Origin: Bugula neritina
Lineage: Eukaryota > Animalia > Bryozoa
NCBI GenBank assembly: GCA_964035545.1
Contig: OZ037766.1
Location: 3,896,722-3,960,721 of the forward strand
Length of the DNA stretch: 64,000 nt
Reading direction: 5' to 3'
Shown here one piece after another: positions 12,501 through 25,676 of this stretch. The notes below the pieces were generated by a model. That model was not told the origin of the DNA and searched no databases. It saw nothing but the letters and a program-made list of their open reading frames with translations. Positions within the stretch are counted from its first letter, which is position 1, and every line of letters begins with the position of its first letter. A program made the translations under genes and the position numbers.

Positions 12501-15500
12501 AAGAGAAACTTTAAGTTAAAACTATCCAAACGTATGCTAAGCTCATAGAATGCATTGGGCAGAAGTATTCAATCAAACTAATATAAATAATATAAAAGAA
12601 AAGATTACCAGCATATAGAGAGCTAAACCAGCATACAAGTCAGTTTTATAAATCAGACTACATAATCAAATTATAATTTTAGAATATTAAACAAAAAACT
12701 AGACAGGATAAATAATTAAACAATTAGACAAAAATAAATGTTGCATTACAATTAAAAGAAAAATTCTTTATCAATGCACTAATTATTTATAAGTTATTCA
12801 AGTGAAATATTGATATATTTTATTCAACTGATGAATTAGTTATCAGACATAAAAAAGTGAGATATTAAGTAACACAACTTAGATACTGACCTGTTTGGCA
12901 ATGCGGTTATCCTCTGGCACGTGGAAAGACATGGATAGAATGCGAGTGAGAAACAGAGACGGAATGTTGCGGTCTACTGACTTGTACGTATACAGCTGGT
13001 GACCACCGGGGGTGCTGGACTCTGGACCTGAGTCTACATGATCTACGCTGTCTGCCTGTAGCACACTTTGAGGGTGGGACTTGGCTGCAGCCAAACTTTG
13101 TTCAGCAGATTCCAGTCTACAACAGAAATTTGGTTACATTTCTTACTGAATTGGATATCTACGTTGTCAGCATGGGTATCAGAATTCTATTTTTAGTACT
13201 AGAGTTCTAGTTTCAGAAATTATATCTCTCTGCTAACTCAATGTTAATTTTTTATTTACATTTACATACTATAAAGCATACCTCTATCTTACAACCAACA
13301 ACTAATAGCTCCTATTGGAAACTACTGGAATGTGAGCCATCACATAGGTGTAAATTATCAGAAGTCACTTGATGACAAGCATGACAGGCTGATAGTAAAC
13401 ACAGTCCACCATAACAATGAATCAGCTAACAATATTTGTGATATGCAGTAGAGTATAGTAGTAGACATGTGGCATTTGCTGCGCCAATTGTAGCGTCAGT
13501 TGAGAGTAATAGCAGTAGTAGTAGCAGCAGCGGTAGCAGTAGTAGCAGTAACATTAGTAACATTAGTAACAGTAGTAGTAGTAGCAGTAGCAGCAGCAGT
13601 AGCAGTAGCAGTAGTAATAGTAGTAGCAGTGGTAGTAGCAGTAGCAACAGTAGCAGTAGTAGCAGTAACATTAGTAACAGTAGTAGTAGTAGCAGTAGCC
13701 GTAGTAGTTGCAGTAGTAGCATACAGTTGTAAAAGTAGCTGCCATAGTAAACACTTAGTAACCACAGTAGATATAGCATTTTACTAATAACTTATAACAG
13801 CAACAATAATATGTTCAATCTTAAGAAGGGTAACAGTAGAATTATTTTCAATACTAATACTAACTGATACTAACAGTAATAGCATCAGCTGTGATACTAG
13901 TTTACTAAACATAGTTACAGTGATACGGAGGGGGACGACTCAAAAGATTAGTTAGAATGACAACATTTTAAACACACTAGAAACTACTCACTTGTCTTGA
14001 AGTGAATTGATCTGTAGATTTAACATCTCAATATTCGTGTTGAGGGACTCGTTAGCTAGGTTAAGGGCTGTCAGCTCATCCAGCCTTTGAGTGACTGTGG
14101 TTTGCTATAGAGGAAATCATGCAAAGAATGTGGGCTACAGCTTGATGTAGCAACTACAATATTGCTCCTCGACTTAGAGATGGATGTACACTTTGAATTG
14201 TTTAAATGTGCAAACAGCACACTAGTTACGTGATTATGTTCTGCACTGAAGTCAAATATTGATTCTATTTTCATTATGAGAAAATAAAGGAAATAAAATA
14301 CTTTCAAATAACTACTAATTCATAATCGCTGGAAATCCTAAAAAGCATCATAAACTATGATAAACACAACAACTGCTTTTAAATTAAAATAATATTTTAA
14401 TTATAGTCCTGACTTTAGATTGATATAATAACATCTAAAAAATTAGGAGACTGAGTTAGTAAATATTAAATTTATCACAACTTGAATTACAGTATGTATC
14501 ACTACTTCGATTATAAAGATAAATATTGACCGCATTCAATGACTAACATACTAGAAACACTTTGACAGAAAACTTACAGAATCTTCTAGGCTCTTCTGTA
14601 ATTCAATCAACTCATTTTGATAAAAATCATCATTAGTAGAAGCATCACAACTGTCGATAACGGGCACCACGTGTTTGCCATAGTCCAGGTATAAGTGCAG
14701 CAGGTCTGGTGGTTTTGATATATTTAAACCTACATCATCCCAATTTTCAAAGTCCTGAAAAAAAAACAACATTATCCTGCGTATAACAGCCTGTAGTATC
14801 AAATAAAAATTGCTATAAAAGCATAAAAAATTATAAATTACTTGTCTATAACTGAGACAATTAGCTGAGAAGAAGAAAAGGGTTTTTTAACCATAATTTT
14901 TTAATCATTGTGCATAGTCCAGAAAAAATTTGCATGAATGCTAATTCCATGCTTAATGTGAGTTATGACATGCAAAAACTGAAGAAGTTGTGTCCACCTG
15001 ATTTTCATTCTCCTCGGCAAAGGTAACTGAGGATAGTTTGTAGTCATGAATGAGTAAGTACTCATTGACCAGAAAGTTAATTGCACGCTTCTCGTGTGGT
15101 TTGATAGTCTCTCGACTTTGCTCGGCGGCATCTGTAGATGCAGACGTCCGCTCACTGTTCTCTTTCGGTGTCCCAGAATTCTCTATAATATAATTAAAGT
15201 ATTTCTCACAATAGCCATCGCTTTACCTGACGCTGAAATAGATGATAAACATTAAGGAAACTCAACAGCTTTGAATGAGATCTGTATTAGTTTATAAGCT
15301 TTGTACTCATTGCAAGTTACTTTTACTAAATGCTCGATAATGAAATTCAAAAGATGATCCTTTAAGCTTGACAACAGCACATTAAGGAAATCTAGTAAAC
15401 TGAGCAATCTAAAGGAACAATTGCGCTTCCTGAAAAAATAGACCTTAGATTTGAATCATTAGCTAAATATAAATATTAACACTAATAAACTAATAGCATG

Positions 15501-16258
15501 AATTAAAAAACACAGACCTGTGGCAATGGTTAAAGCTTTCCTCAGTGACTTGATGGTATCTTGAGCTCTTCTCAACTCGAACTCTAAGCCTGCCACTCTC
15601 TCCTCAGCCTGTCGATCTCCATCATCTGAGTATCTAGCCCAATCCAGGGAGTCAAATGTCTGTATACTTCCACTTCTTTCTAAAACACCAGTTGAAACTT
15701 ATTTCACAAAACATGTAAGACTACAAGACCTACTAGCAACAAAAATCACTCAAAGGCACTTTGTGTAAAAAGAACCAATAAACATCATTATCATAATAAT
15801 CTAGTATAGACACACAGATGTACGCATATCTAGATATTTCCATGTAGCAACAAGTAGACTTCAAAGTACTTACAGTAATAGAATGCAGAATAGAACTTAC
15901 GAAGGCCGACTTGAGGACTGGTTGATAAATTGTCAGATGGTTTGGTTCTTTCAAAATTACCAGGGTTAGAAAAATGGTCTCTAAGATAAGCAACAGGTTT
16001 GCCAATTTCTTGAAGCTCTGTATGTAACTCTAATGCAGTAAGAACAAATCCATCTTTAATTAGCTGTTTGCTTATCACTTCATAGCTGACTCTATCGGCA
16101 CTAATTTCACTGCCTTCTATATCCACATGCTCATCTGATGACTCTGGTACTGGTTGTGGAGTAGGCGGTTCTGATACATCTTCGAGGTTATCATTGTCCA
16201 AAAAAGGATTAGATGGCTCGGTTTCAAGCTCAAAAGGATTTGAAGAAGCAAAATTCAT
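3578..16258 (-). CDS. RELCH: RAB11-binding protein RELCH (KIAA1468; LisH, coiled-coil, HEAT repeats), 3'-incomplete
   Basis: 18 phase-consistent GT-AG exons: 15901-16258, 15518-15679, 14998-15182, 14578-14754, 13992-14104, 12891-13116, 11706-12008, 11207-11278, 10599-10739, 10008-10166, 8971-9157, 8411-8549, 8010-8133, 6661-6890, 5990-6089, 4712-4797, 4306-4369, 3578-3716. Recognised motifs: LTALELHTEL..LRDHFSNPGNFE, TFDSLDWARYSDDG..LEFELRRAQDTI, LisH EKRAINFLVNEYL, LPHIVPNVLLAKREELLPLILC, LFNLIKRPDELQRQMIL, ERRLLVAEACG, FSRIGPNIEPQFREE. Confidence 0.93.
3727..4020. repeat. 21-bp minisatellite (TACACCACAGATATGTTACAG)n, ~14 copies
   Basis: Direct reading; abuts the RELCH acceptor at 3717-3718. 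Confidence 0.95.
8604..8897. repeat. 26-bp minisatellite (ACTGATAACTAATGACTGTGACTAGA)n, ~11 copies
   Basis: Direct reading; RELCH intron, preceded by a G-run at 8587-8602. Confidence 0.95.
9525..10020 (-). repeat. 33-bp minisatellite containing the RELCH splice donor, 15 units
   Basis: Minus-strand unit GTACGTCTCTCTTAG+ATATGCTCTACAAACTCT; the first unit's GT (10007-10006) is the donor of exon 10008-10166. Confidence 0.95.
10380..10580. repeat. Imperfect (CA)n microsatellite
   Basis: CA-rich run in a RELCH intron. Confidence 0.85.
11041..11232 (-). repeat. 32-bp minisatellite made of the RELCH exon 3' end plus GTAAGT donor, 6 units
   Basis: Minus-strand unit GTGGTGCTGTAATACCGTACATATCT+GTAAGT; the first unit is coding (CGALIPYIS). 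Confidence 0.92.
11427..11622. mobile_element. MITE (Tc1/mariner-pogo type), ~196 bp
   Basis: TA|CAGTGCTTCC...GGGAGCACTG|TA: imperfect ~20-bp TIRs beginning CAGTG, TA target-site duplication, no ORF. Confidence 0.65.
13507..13740. repeat. (AGT/AGC)n trinucleotide microsatellite
   Basis: Direct reading; source of the poly-S/L/T/V ORFs. Confidence 0.9.
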
Positions 16259-17104
16259 GACGAGTAGCACTAGTATCTAATTAAAGCAACTGTAAATCAG
16301 AGTGAAAGTGTAACATAGACTTTCAGTTTCACTTTCACAGTGAACTTAACTTCCAGACTCAGCCTCAGATTTAATCAAATATGAAATAGTCTAGGTGCCT
16401 AACTTGTACTTTTGAGCTAGAATTTGAGTCTTAGGGTCAGTCCATAGCAACTAATAATATTACACAATTAGCATTAGTATTACTAGTACTTATAGCTATT
16501 TACTATCACTAGTATTAGCTGAACTTCACCTTCACTTGCAATGTTTTTTACTTTTACTTTTAGTTTAGCCTCTTTCTAAAGCTATCTCCAAAATTAATAA
16601 ATGATATAATGAGTAATACTAATGTCAATGAAACGTGAAAGGTATCACCAACCATTAGTTAGGCGCATAGTGATAATAAATATCAACAAATACCACTAAT
16701 ATTAATCATTGTTATTATATTTTTTGTTAGTTCATTTTGACAGGTGTAATTAGCTGCCCCCAAGGAAATGACTAGGGTGCTTAGCTCCAAATCCATGATT
16801 TTACGCTGAGATTTATCGAACTAACACAAAAGTATCTCGAGTTGTGGTTCATCCTGCAAAGTTTGTGATCGCATACTACAAGAAAGCTACAAAAGGCTGG
16901 GTTTGAACTGCTAAAAATGCTTGATGTCCTATTGTTTATAAAATACACTTATCTTGTGTTGTAGTGGGATACGTTGGTACTCAAAGAAAACTTGATGGTG
17001 ATACCAATAGTCATAGTGTAATCAGTGATGCTCATAGTTATCGGAATTAATCAACTTCATAGTGATACTGATAAATATTATGCAATGAAGTTATAGCGGT
17101 GTAT

Positions 17105-17480
17105 TCCTATAGTATTAGACTTTTAGTATTAATATTAATATTATTAATAGTAATACTAATAGTAATAGCAATAATTATAATAATACTAGTAGTTATACTT
17201 ATAGTTATACTAATAGTAATAGTAATACTAATAGTAATACTAATAGTAATACTAATAGTAAATGTAAAACTTATACTTAGTCTAATAGTAATAGTTGACT
17301 AATAGTAATAGGTATAGTAAGAGTCTAGGTATTACTATTACTATTACTATTAGTATTATTATAACGTAGGTGAAAATCAACAATAAATATAAGAATGACT
17401 ATTACTACTATACTAGTATTATAATTATTATTATAATTACTAATATTATAAGTATTATACTTTTACTCGTAGCAATAAAT
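17105..17480. repeat. AT-rich low-complexity (TAATAG/TAATAC)n region between RELCH and UPF3
   Basis: Direct reading. Confidence 0.75.
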
Positions 17481-18538
17481 TTAGAATTATTATGCATCAA
17501 CATAAATATGAGTATGGTAATGTTACATATGCATGTATACTATAAATATAATGATTATTACTATACAATTTAATTATATAGTGATTAATTATAATAATTT
17601 ATTAGTTCATTAATAATTATAATATATCAAATTGTGTTCAATTTTACTATTATTTTATTACTAATACTGTTGCTATTATTACAAGCATAACTTTTACTAT
17701 TGCCAAGATTGTTAGTCATACAAATACTATAGATTAATCAATAAATTCATTATAAATACTATAATTATAACTATAAGTCTAGCTATGAAATTAAGTATTA
17801 GTTGTCACCATTAGTATCTGAATCACTATGACTTTTTTGGCTATGCTGTTACACTTACAATATTAGTATGACTCTGAGTATACTCAAATTCAATTGTTAT
17901 GTTTAAATTGAGTATTAATATTTTAAATTTAAGCTCTATTATAATATAGATAATTTCAATAGACAAGGTAATAGTTATATTGAAACTATTAGTATAATAA
18001 TTAATAACGGTATCACATTTCCTTAGAGTAATGTTAACGTTAACTCAAAGAGTAAGTCTAATATACTTATATCTAAACATTGTTCCATTCACAATTTATG
18101 CTGCATTATTTATGCAGATTAGTTGATCACCATAAATGCTGCTTATACGTGTAATTCTCACATTGTTTTTACCCAGTTGCTCTGATTTCAAATTCAGCAT
18201 AAAACAGTTACAAATCACATGAATTGCTTCTTATTTTTCATCTTGACTTGTTTTATTAAGTTATGGTGCATCATTGAGAGATAGGAAAATTGCAGAGCTG
18301 TTAACATTTTACAACTTTATGGTATATGTTGTATAATACAGGTTTTTCTTGTAGTATTTGCATTTTAAACGTTGATCAAGCCTTCATTATGATTGACCTG
18401 CTATTTTATTCTCATCAATTAACACAGTATGATAGTAACCAGTAGGTCTAAATTGAAATTTAGGTATCATATTTATAAGTTTTTACTAAAAGGTAAACTT
18501 TTTAGAGTTTGTCTCCCTTGCAGCTTAAACTCAGCGAT

Positions 18539-21500
18539 ATGAAGACTGTTGCGATACCCGAGAAGTCAAAGTCAACACTAGAGACAAAAACAAAGGAGAT
18601 AATTCCAACTAAGGTAGTTTAACCACTCACAATATTCACCAAACTCCATGCTAGGCAATAATTACCAACAAAAAACTCATGCAAGTTTATAGTCGCCATC
18701 CCTGTGAGAAATCCATGATGGAAAGGGTTTTTGTTAGATTGGGCTAAGGACTTATTTAAATGAGGCACAGGAGCAATTATGAGTGGATGCTCTTCCTAAC
18801 ATCACCAATGGCCTTTGTCCGAGCTCGAACCCATGACCTCGTGTTTACTAGGCAAATGCTCTAACCCCTAGACCACGGCTGCTCCCTTGTACAATAATTA
18901 CCAACAGCCCACATCAATTCTAGTCTCCGTCAATGAATTATTATATTTCAGATAGTCATTCGAAACCTTCCTCCAACTTTCACAGCAGATCTGTTCATTG
19001 AGGAGGTGTCGCCTTTAGCTGAACATAACTACTTCAACTTTGTACCTGCAGATAAAAGGTTATTCTCAGTTGAGAACTTGTATATCCCCAGAGATGGTGC
19101 TTGGTTTTTTCACATTAAGTATGCGAGCTGCGAGTCCTTTAAGTGTTTAACCGCCAAAGAAGGCTTTTAATTGATGAGTTAAAGTTTGTTCTGCTAAGAC
19201 AGTTTATGATCTACTTGACACATAAATTCTTCTGCCATCTTCTGATTTTAAACTTAACTGCTGATTTCGAATTTTAAATGAATTTATGGTGTTTAGGTAG
19301 AAGTCTTCAGGTTAATTGTAAGCAATATTTAATTGCACATTTATTTTAGTAGAAGACTATTGGCTCTAAAATATTATGGAAATTACTTTTGTCACCGATT
19401 CTAAAGATTTGGCCATATTATATCTATTCACATTATGTAATGTTGGGCTATATTATTTTATATTTTGTTATGTTGTGTGTTATACTATGTTGTATTATAT
19501 AATTTTATATTGTATTTTGCTATATTATATTATTAATGTTTTGACGCATATGCCTAAATTATTTTACAGGTATTGTACAGCGTCACATGGTTGTTAGGAA
19601 ATTGTCAACATATGAGTTTAAAAAATTATTTTAATAGCTTTTAACATTTAATAGTAGTTTATAATTTGAATTATACAGTTGTTGTGTATATATACGCAAC
19701 AACTGTATAAGTGAACTAACCCATATACAATTATTATATAGAAACTAGATTGTGTTATTTAAAAAATCATCTTTTAAAATGAAACTAAAAATTACTTAAA
19801 AATTCACATTTTGTGATAAAAGCAACAATTAGATAATTGGTTAATCATAATTTGATGTTTGGTTTTGTTTTAGTCTAGGCCAGTTTGCATTCTCAAAAGC
19901 GTTCATCAACTTTAAAAACCCAGACGATTTATTTCTTTTCCGTGAGAGATTCGATAACTACGTGTTTGTGGACACTCGAGGTATGGGTAGATAGAAAAAT
20001 GTCGTCTACATGAACCAGTTATTTAATTATAATAATTTTATTGCATGTGATTTTAGTTCGATAGTTATTGACTATTGATTTCAGGGAATGAATACCCCGC
20101 AGTGGTGGAGTTTGCCCCCTATCAAAAAATTCCATTAAAGGCGAGAAAACTTGACCACAGGGAAAACACCCTTGACGAAGGTTTATACAACTACTATTAC
20201 ACTATATCTAGCTTGTGGCGTGACAACTTTTGAGATTTCACAAGCAGCATCTCTATTCAACTCGTGTATTTCTACAGCAGTGTAGAAGTATTATAATTAG
20301 TGTCTTGGAATAGTTGTCTTCATTAGTAAACCTGCCATTTCCTGTAAACATCTTGCTGCAGAATTAAGAGTATAGTCACTATATTTTTGTGACTAACATG
20401 CAGAATATTTAACTCGTGTATTTCTACAGCAGTGTAGAAGTATTATAATTAGTTTGTTAGAATAGTTGTCTCAACTCGTAAACCTGCCATTTCCTGTAAA
20501 CATATCGCTGCAGAATTAAGAGTATAGTCACTATATTACGTTTGTGACTAACATGCAGAATTTGCTTTTATTACAGATGCAGACTACAAGAAGTTTCTGG
20601 AACAGTTGGAGAACCCCGAGCCCCTTCCTTCATTCACAATTAAAGAGGTTTTAGAAGAAGTAGATTCTAAGGCTAAGGAGCGACTAGCTGCTCAACACAA
20701 TGAAACACCTCTGCTAGCTTTCATCAACAAGTTTAAAATTGAGAAGAGACGAGCCCAAGAGGTAGGACTGCTTTCAGCTTGATGTAGTAGTAGTGCTGAG
20801 TCAATCTAAACATAATAGGAATAATTAACAATTCAATAATCATAATTTATTAATAATTAAATAATTACAATCAAATTCAAATTGACAAGTGGCTAACCAA
20901 CACTTAGGTAGGTAAAGTATTGTCAGTGTTTTTAATTGACCCTTTAAGTATTTTTACTGAAATGTGTTATTCAATTATTATGTAAAACTAAATAGGGCCA
21001 TAAAATTTTTATTTCATCAATTTTTGTCAACTTTTCTGAACATTAGGTTCTAAATATTTTAGTTAATTTCTATTTTGTAAAATTGATTATATTCTAGCAA
21101 GTATCCTGACAATATGAACTATTTGATTTATCTGTTGTACAAGAAACTGAAAGAAGAAAGAAGATTAAAGGAGCTGGAGAGAAAGCGTATGAAAGATGAA
21201 GACCGACGGTTGAAGAGAGAGCGTGACAGGAAGGAGATGTTAGAAAGAAGACAGGCAGGAGACAGTGGGAAGAGTAAAGACGCCATTACAGTCAAGACTT
21301 TGTCCTCCTCTACTGTGGTATGTGCTTGTTGCTACTATCATACACCTCACCTGACCTCATCTATCCTCTCCTCACCTATTCTATCCTCACCTATTCTATC
21401 CTCACCTATCCTCTCCTCACCTATTCTCTCCTCACCTATTCTATCCTCACCTATTCTATCCTCACCTATTCTATCCTCACCTATTCTCTCCTCACCTATC

Positions 21501-24500
21501 CTTATGTATCCTTTTTCTTATCCTCTCTTATCTCCGCTCTGTCCTGTTCAGGTAGCGGGCTTATTGCTACTGCCTACAACTCATGTATGTAAGACTAGAC
21601 ATATTGCTATAGCAACCTTTACGTCTCATCCAAACTAAAATGCTACATTGTTGTGTAGCGAGACTTTGATTAGATAGAGCTCTGTTTGTGGTTTACTGCT
21701 TGTATGGAGCACATAACTGTTTGCAGACGGTTTAGTTAATAGAGTTTATTTGTCAAAACATTCCTAAGCTTTTGTAATTTCCAAAGATGAGAAATGTCAG
21801 CCAACGTTAAAGCCAACTGTCTCGTACAAAAAACTACAGTTTGTGTAGTTCATTTTCATATAATCTCCATTTACTAGTTGAATGGCTACAATTTTGCTTT
21901 TTAATAGTTGGCAATGAGGAATTTCTGTCACAACAATAATTTATGCATTATATAGTTCAATAAAGTGTATATTATATGTTCTATGTATATTTTATATTAC
22001 CTTATATAATGCTATTCATAGATTGATATATCTCTTCAATTGAAAACTCACTCTTGAATGTACCTATTTTTATTTCTTTGCATGTCATTTGCTTATATGT
22101 CATTTGGTTTATTCAGCCATTTTTATGTTAGCATTTCATTCCATTGTTTGCTCCATTTTCAATGTGCTGAAAAGTTATTTGTAATCATTTTTACCAAACT
22201 TACAGGATAGGCGAGATGACTCCAAGAGAACATCAGCTGGTAAAGGTGAAAAATCCACAGCACATGGTCCTAAGTCCAGTGGTTAGTACAATAATGAAAG
22301 TCAAGTGTATTATATTTTGCTCCTCTTTCAGTGTATAACAGTGCTAACAACTTACATTTCTTGTGGTAATTTTCAGGTTAAAACTTATCTTTCAGTTACT
22401 TTAAAATAGCATTTTTTAATTTAAATGTATGCACTACTTGTACACACTCACTACTTGCACATATGAGTAATAGTGTTACACTATTGAGTAATATACAAAT
22501 ATTACACTTCTCAAGTCTACCCATACTGCATTGCACTATCAGCTCTTGCTGATGTATTTGCCCTACATAGTACGTACTATAAGGCATAGTACAATATGTT
22601 GCTTTATGTTTAATTTTCTTTTTCTTAGGCTCAAAGGCAGAGCTAAAATCTTCTACAGGAAGTAAATCCCTCAATGACAAGCCTCGGTCTGCTGCAGTCA
22701 GTCAAAAGAGAGATGATGACGGTTAGTTACTTGTTTATGTTTCACTCTTTTCTTTTGCTCTTGTCATCATAAGGGGAAGTGAATTTGATATATTTTATAT
22801 AATTAAAGTGTCTTCATATTTTTTACTAATGTGGCACATTCATTGAGGTAAATTGCTCCAATGTATTATTTTGTCATAATACAGCTAGATTTTATAAAAG
22901 GAAAAAAGTTTGTGTCACAGTATAAAGTTTCCTAACTGCTACTGCCGCTTTACCAGTCATTCAACTGCTACAATATACGTGTTGATGTCAGAGCTTCTGT
23001 TATTTCGTGTATTTTTGTAATTTTATAGCATTTTTGTTTAGTTTGAATACTGTGATATGCTGGAACTGTATTCATTCACTCAATTGTTACAATAATTACC
23101 CTCAGGTATTATAGTGAGAACACTTCCTTCGTCTAAATCAAAGAGCAGCAAACTATCATCTGAAAAAACCCGCCCATCCAGTTCTAAATCGCAGCCGTCA
23201 TCCAAGTCAACTTCTAAACCAACTGCCGGTGCTTCTGCAAAGCCTTCAGGTTTGACCAATAAACTCACTTCTATCTATGTAACTGAATCATGTGATCATG
23301 TGATAGCCTCTGCTCTCATAGTTTTTTATTCCATTCACGTTTCTATAAACCTTCCCCACAGCTCAAACAGTTAATTGCAAGCTTTCAGAAAATTTTTGAA
23401 TAATTATAAATAGCTTGAAAAAATGTTGGCAATACCTATTTATTATTCAACTAACTGTTTATTTATATGCTTAAAATACTTATAAAACCTACTCATTTAC
23501 TTATTTCTAAGATATTCGTTGCATGCAACGTCAATCTTATATATTTATAATTTTAAAAACACTCTGTAGTATGAAAAGGGGGGAACACAGGCCATGTGTA
23601 TTTCTAATAGACTGTCTTAATTTATGATGCAAGTTTATTTTTGAGCTATTACATTTGCTTATATATAGTGATAATGATAGAAATAATCACACACAAAATA
23701 ATAATATAATGCAAGCATAAAGCACAGATAAGTTCAATTGAATTTGATGGCAGCTTTCGATGGTTTGGCGCTAGCTTGTTTAAGTCCAACTCTGTTTGTG
23801 ACAGCACACCTCAAGTCACTTTGCATGCCAATGCTACTCTTCTTTTTTTTCTTGTCATTGACGATGATTCTGCTTCACGAATGTAGTTTATGTTAAACAA
23901 CAATAGGCTCTTAGTACTTTGTCAGCCACATGTTGGTCAAGTTTGCTTGTTGAAACTTACAACTGATCATTGGCAAAAAGTTGAAATTGTTCATCATTGT
24001 GTTGGTGTAAAGCAATTTATGGAGTCTCCTAATAACTTCTCTAAAATATTTTTAGCAGAAAGTTAGGTTGAGGTGAGTTACATGCCGAGTCAAAAATTTT
24101 CTCGTTTCCTAAAGATACTTCAGCTGCTAGCTTTAAATTTTTTGCTCCTTTTGGCTCATTTTGGTAAATGTTTTGCTGCTTCAGAACTGGTTCATAAGGA
24201 TGTTGTGCCTCAAAAAGTTCTTGCTGGGAAGCAGCAATCAGCAGGTCAAGAAAATGACAAACAGACAGACAAGTCTAGCAGATACTCAGCGAGTAAGACG
24301 ACATTGACTTCCACGAGATCCAAGGTTATACAACTATTATCTCAAGTGGTTTGTTTGGCGTATTTCTGTGTTTGGTGAATTGTAATTGAAGGGGGGGGGG
24401 TTACTTTTCCCCTAAGCATAAATATAATCTCAATCAAAGTAATTATATGAATAACTTGCTAATTCACTTTATTGAATCTTCATATCTTAGGAGTCAACTA

Positions 24501-25676
24501 CAAGAGTGATAGCCAAGCAGACAGATGTTGAATGTGAGTAGCTGCTAAATTGCAATTCTAATATTTCTTTATGATACCCAAGTTTTGTATAAATTCAACC
24601 GAAAAACAACTACTTTTGTATAACTTGAAATCAGCAGTTTCAAAAAAGTAAGCCACGTATTTTGTTGTAATTGTAAAATGTTTTGTCTGTTAATAATGTT
24701 TGTTGCTTCTGGTTTGTTTGTTTGTCTTCTTAGCATGCAATAGTGTAATTTACTTTTTTCAGCAGCTGCGGGCGGGGTAGCAGATAAACCAGTCTCTGTG
24801 AAACTAAAAGCAAGAGCCAAGTCTCAGGATGACTCAGAGTCTACAAACACGTCTGCATCAGAGAAGAATGGTGAAAGGTTGTGAGCTCGCCTTTAGTACT
24901 TCATAGCAATTAGTCAGAATCCACATATGACTCACATCTGTTTAAAGTCTTTATCCCTGTAAGAACTGCTTAAGGGTTTAGGCTGGCTAAGCACTGTGCC
25001 TTTCACCATGCTGGCAACATGGTTTGAGGGCTTTCACATGGCACAGGTGAACTTGTAGTCAGATACTTTTCCTGGCATCATCATTGACCTGGACTTGAAC
25101 CCATGACCTCTGTCATACTGCGTCCTATATCAGTGTCAAGATAGTGAATAATTACGTTTTTGCTACAGTTTCACCTTCAAATCTTACATTTAGTACAAAG
25201 TATATAACAACTACTTCAATGCTATCCTTAGACTTGCATTACTAATGGGTGAAAGTTTGTCACCAAGTTTACAAATAGTTTTACTACTTTTGTAGGCGGT
25301 ATGCTACTGATGACAGCAGTACTGCTAGTGATATAAGATCAGACAACTCGGTAAGTTATAAATATTCGGAGATAAATCGTAACATTGTCCTTTGGTTATG
25401 TCTCAATTAAGTTTTATAATTCCAAGAGTGGTACAACTGATATTTTGTAATATATTTTTTCGATAATATTTTAAAAATATTTATGGGTAGCTCAAACTTA
25501 TTCTAACCAATGGTTGTTTGCAGGAGGCTCAGCGTGACAGGGTTAGGCCATTGCGTAATACGAGGTATAAAGATCGGCCTGAGAGAGCAATTTATAATCC
25601 TGGGGCCAAGGCCGCAGAGAGAAGACAAAAACAGCAAACAGGTGCACCAGAAAAGACCAGTGATAAAGTTGAATAA
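18539..25676 (+). CDS. UPF3: Regulator of nonsense transcripts 3 (UPF3/Smg-4), NMD factor
   Basis: Exons 18539-18613, 18952-19058, 19874-19980, 20085-20180, 20577-20761, 21144-21317, 22206-22281, 22629-22721, 23106-23249, 24185-24324, 24491-24533, 24763/24766-24877, 25296-25350, 25524-25676. RRM-like domain KIVIRNLPP...KAFINFKNPDDLFLFRERFDNYVFVDTRGNEYPAVVEFAPYQK, the TPLLAF motif, and C-terminal EJC-binding motif RYKDRPERAIYNPGA. Confidence 0.93.
18695..18887 (-). mobile_element. tRNA-derived SINE (V-SINE-like core)
   Basis: Minus strand: GGGAGCAGCCGTGGTCTAGGGGTTAGAGC (A box)...GGGTTCGAGCTC (B box), then GGTGATGTTAGGAAGAGCATCC, which resembles the GGAAGGGCATCC core of V-SINEs. A second copy lies at 24953-25112. 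Confidence 0.7.
20259..20561. repeat. ~150-bp direct tandem duplication in UPF3 intron
   Basis: 20259-20406 and 20411-20561 are near-identical (AACTCGTGTATTTCTACAGCAGTGTAGAAG...CATGCAGAAT). Confidence 0.9.
21352..21502. repeat. 15-bp minisatellite (TCCTCACCTATTCTA)n, ~10 copies
   Basis: Direct reading; gives the spurious SSPIL extension of ORF 21114-21638. Confidence 0.92.
24953..25112 (-). mobile_element. Degenerate second copy of the tRNA-derived SINE
   Basis: Shares ATCCCTGT.AGAA, GAT.CT.TTCCT..CATCA.CA.TG.CCT and GAACCCATGACCTC with 18695-18887. Confidence 0.6.

Noticed and set aside
13426-13787. Poly-Leu/Ser/Thr/Val ORFs
   Set aside because: Trinucleotide microsatellite inside an intron.
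18820-18887. tRNA gene
   Set aside because: Has A/B boxes but no clear acceptor-stem closure, continues into a SINE body, and has a second dispersed copy.
19560-22382. AG|GT recursive-splicing-like sites or poison exons in UPF3 introns (~19569, ~22376)
   Set aside because: Weak donor consensus, short introns, and expected by chance.
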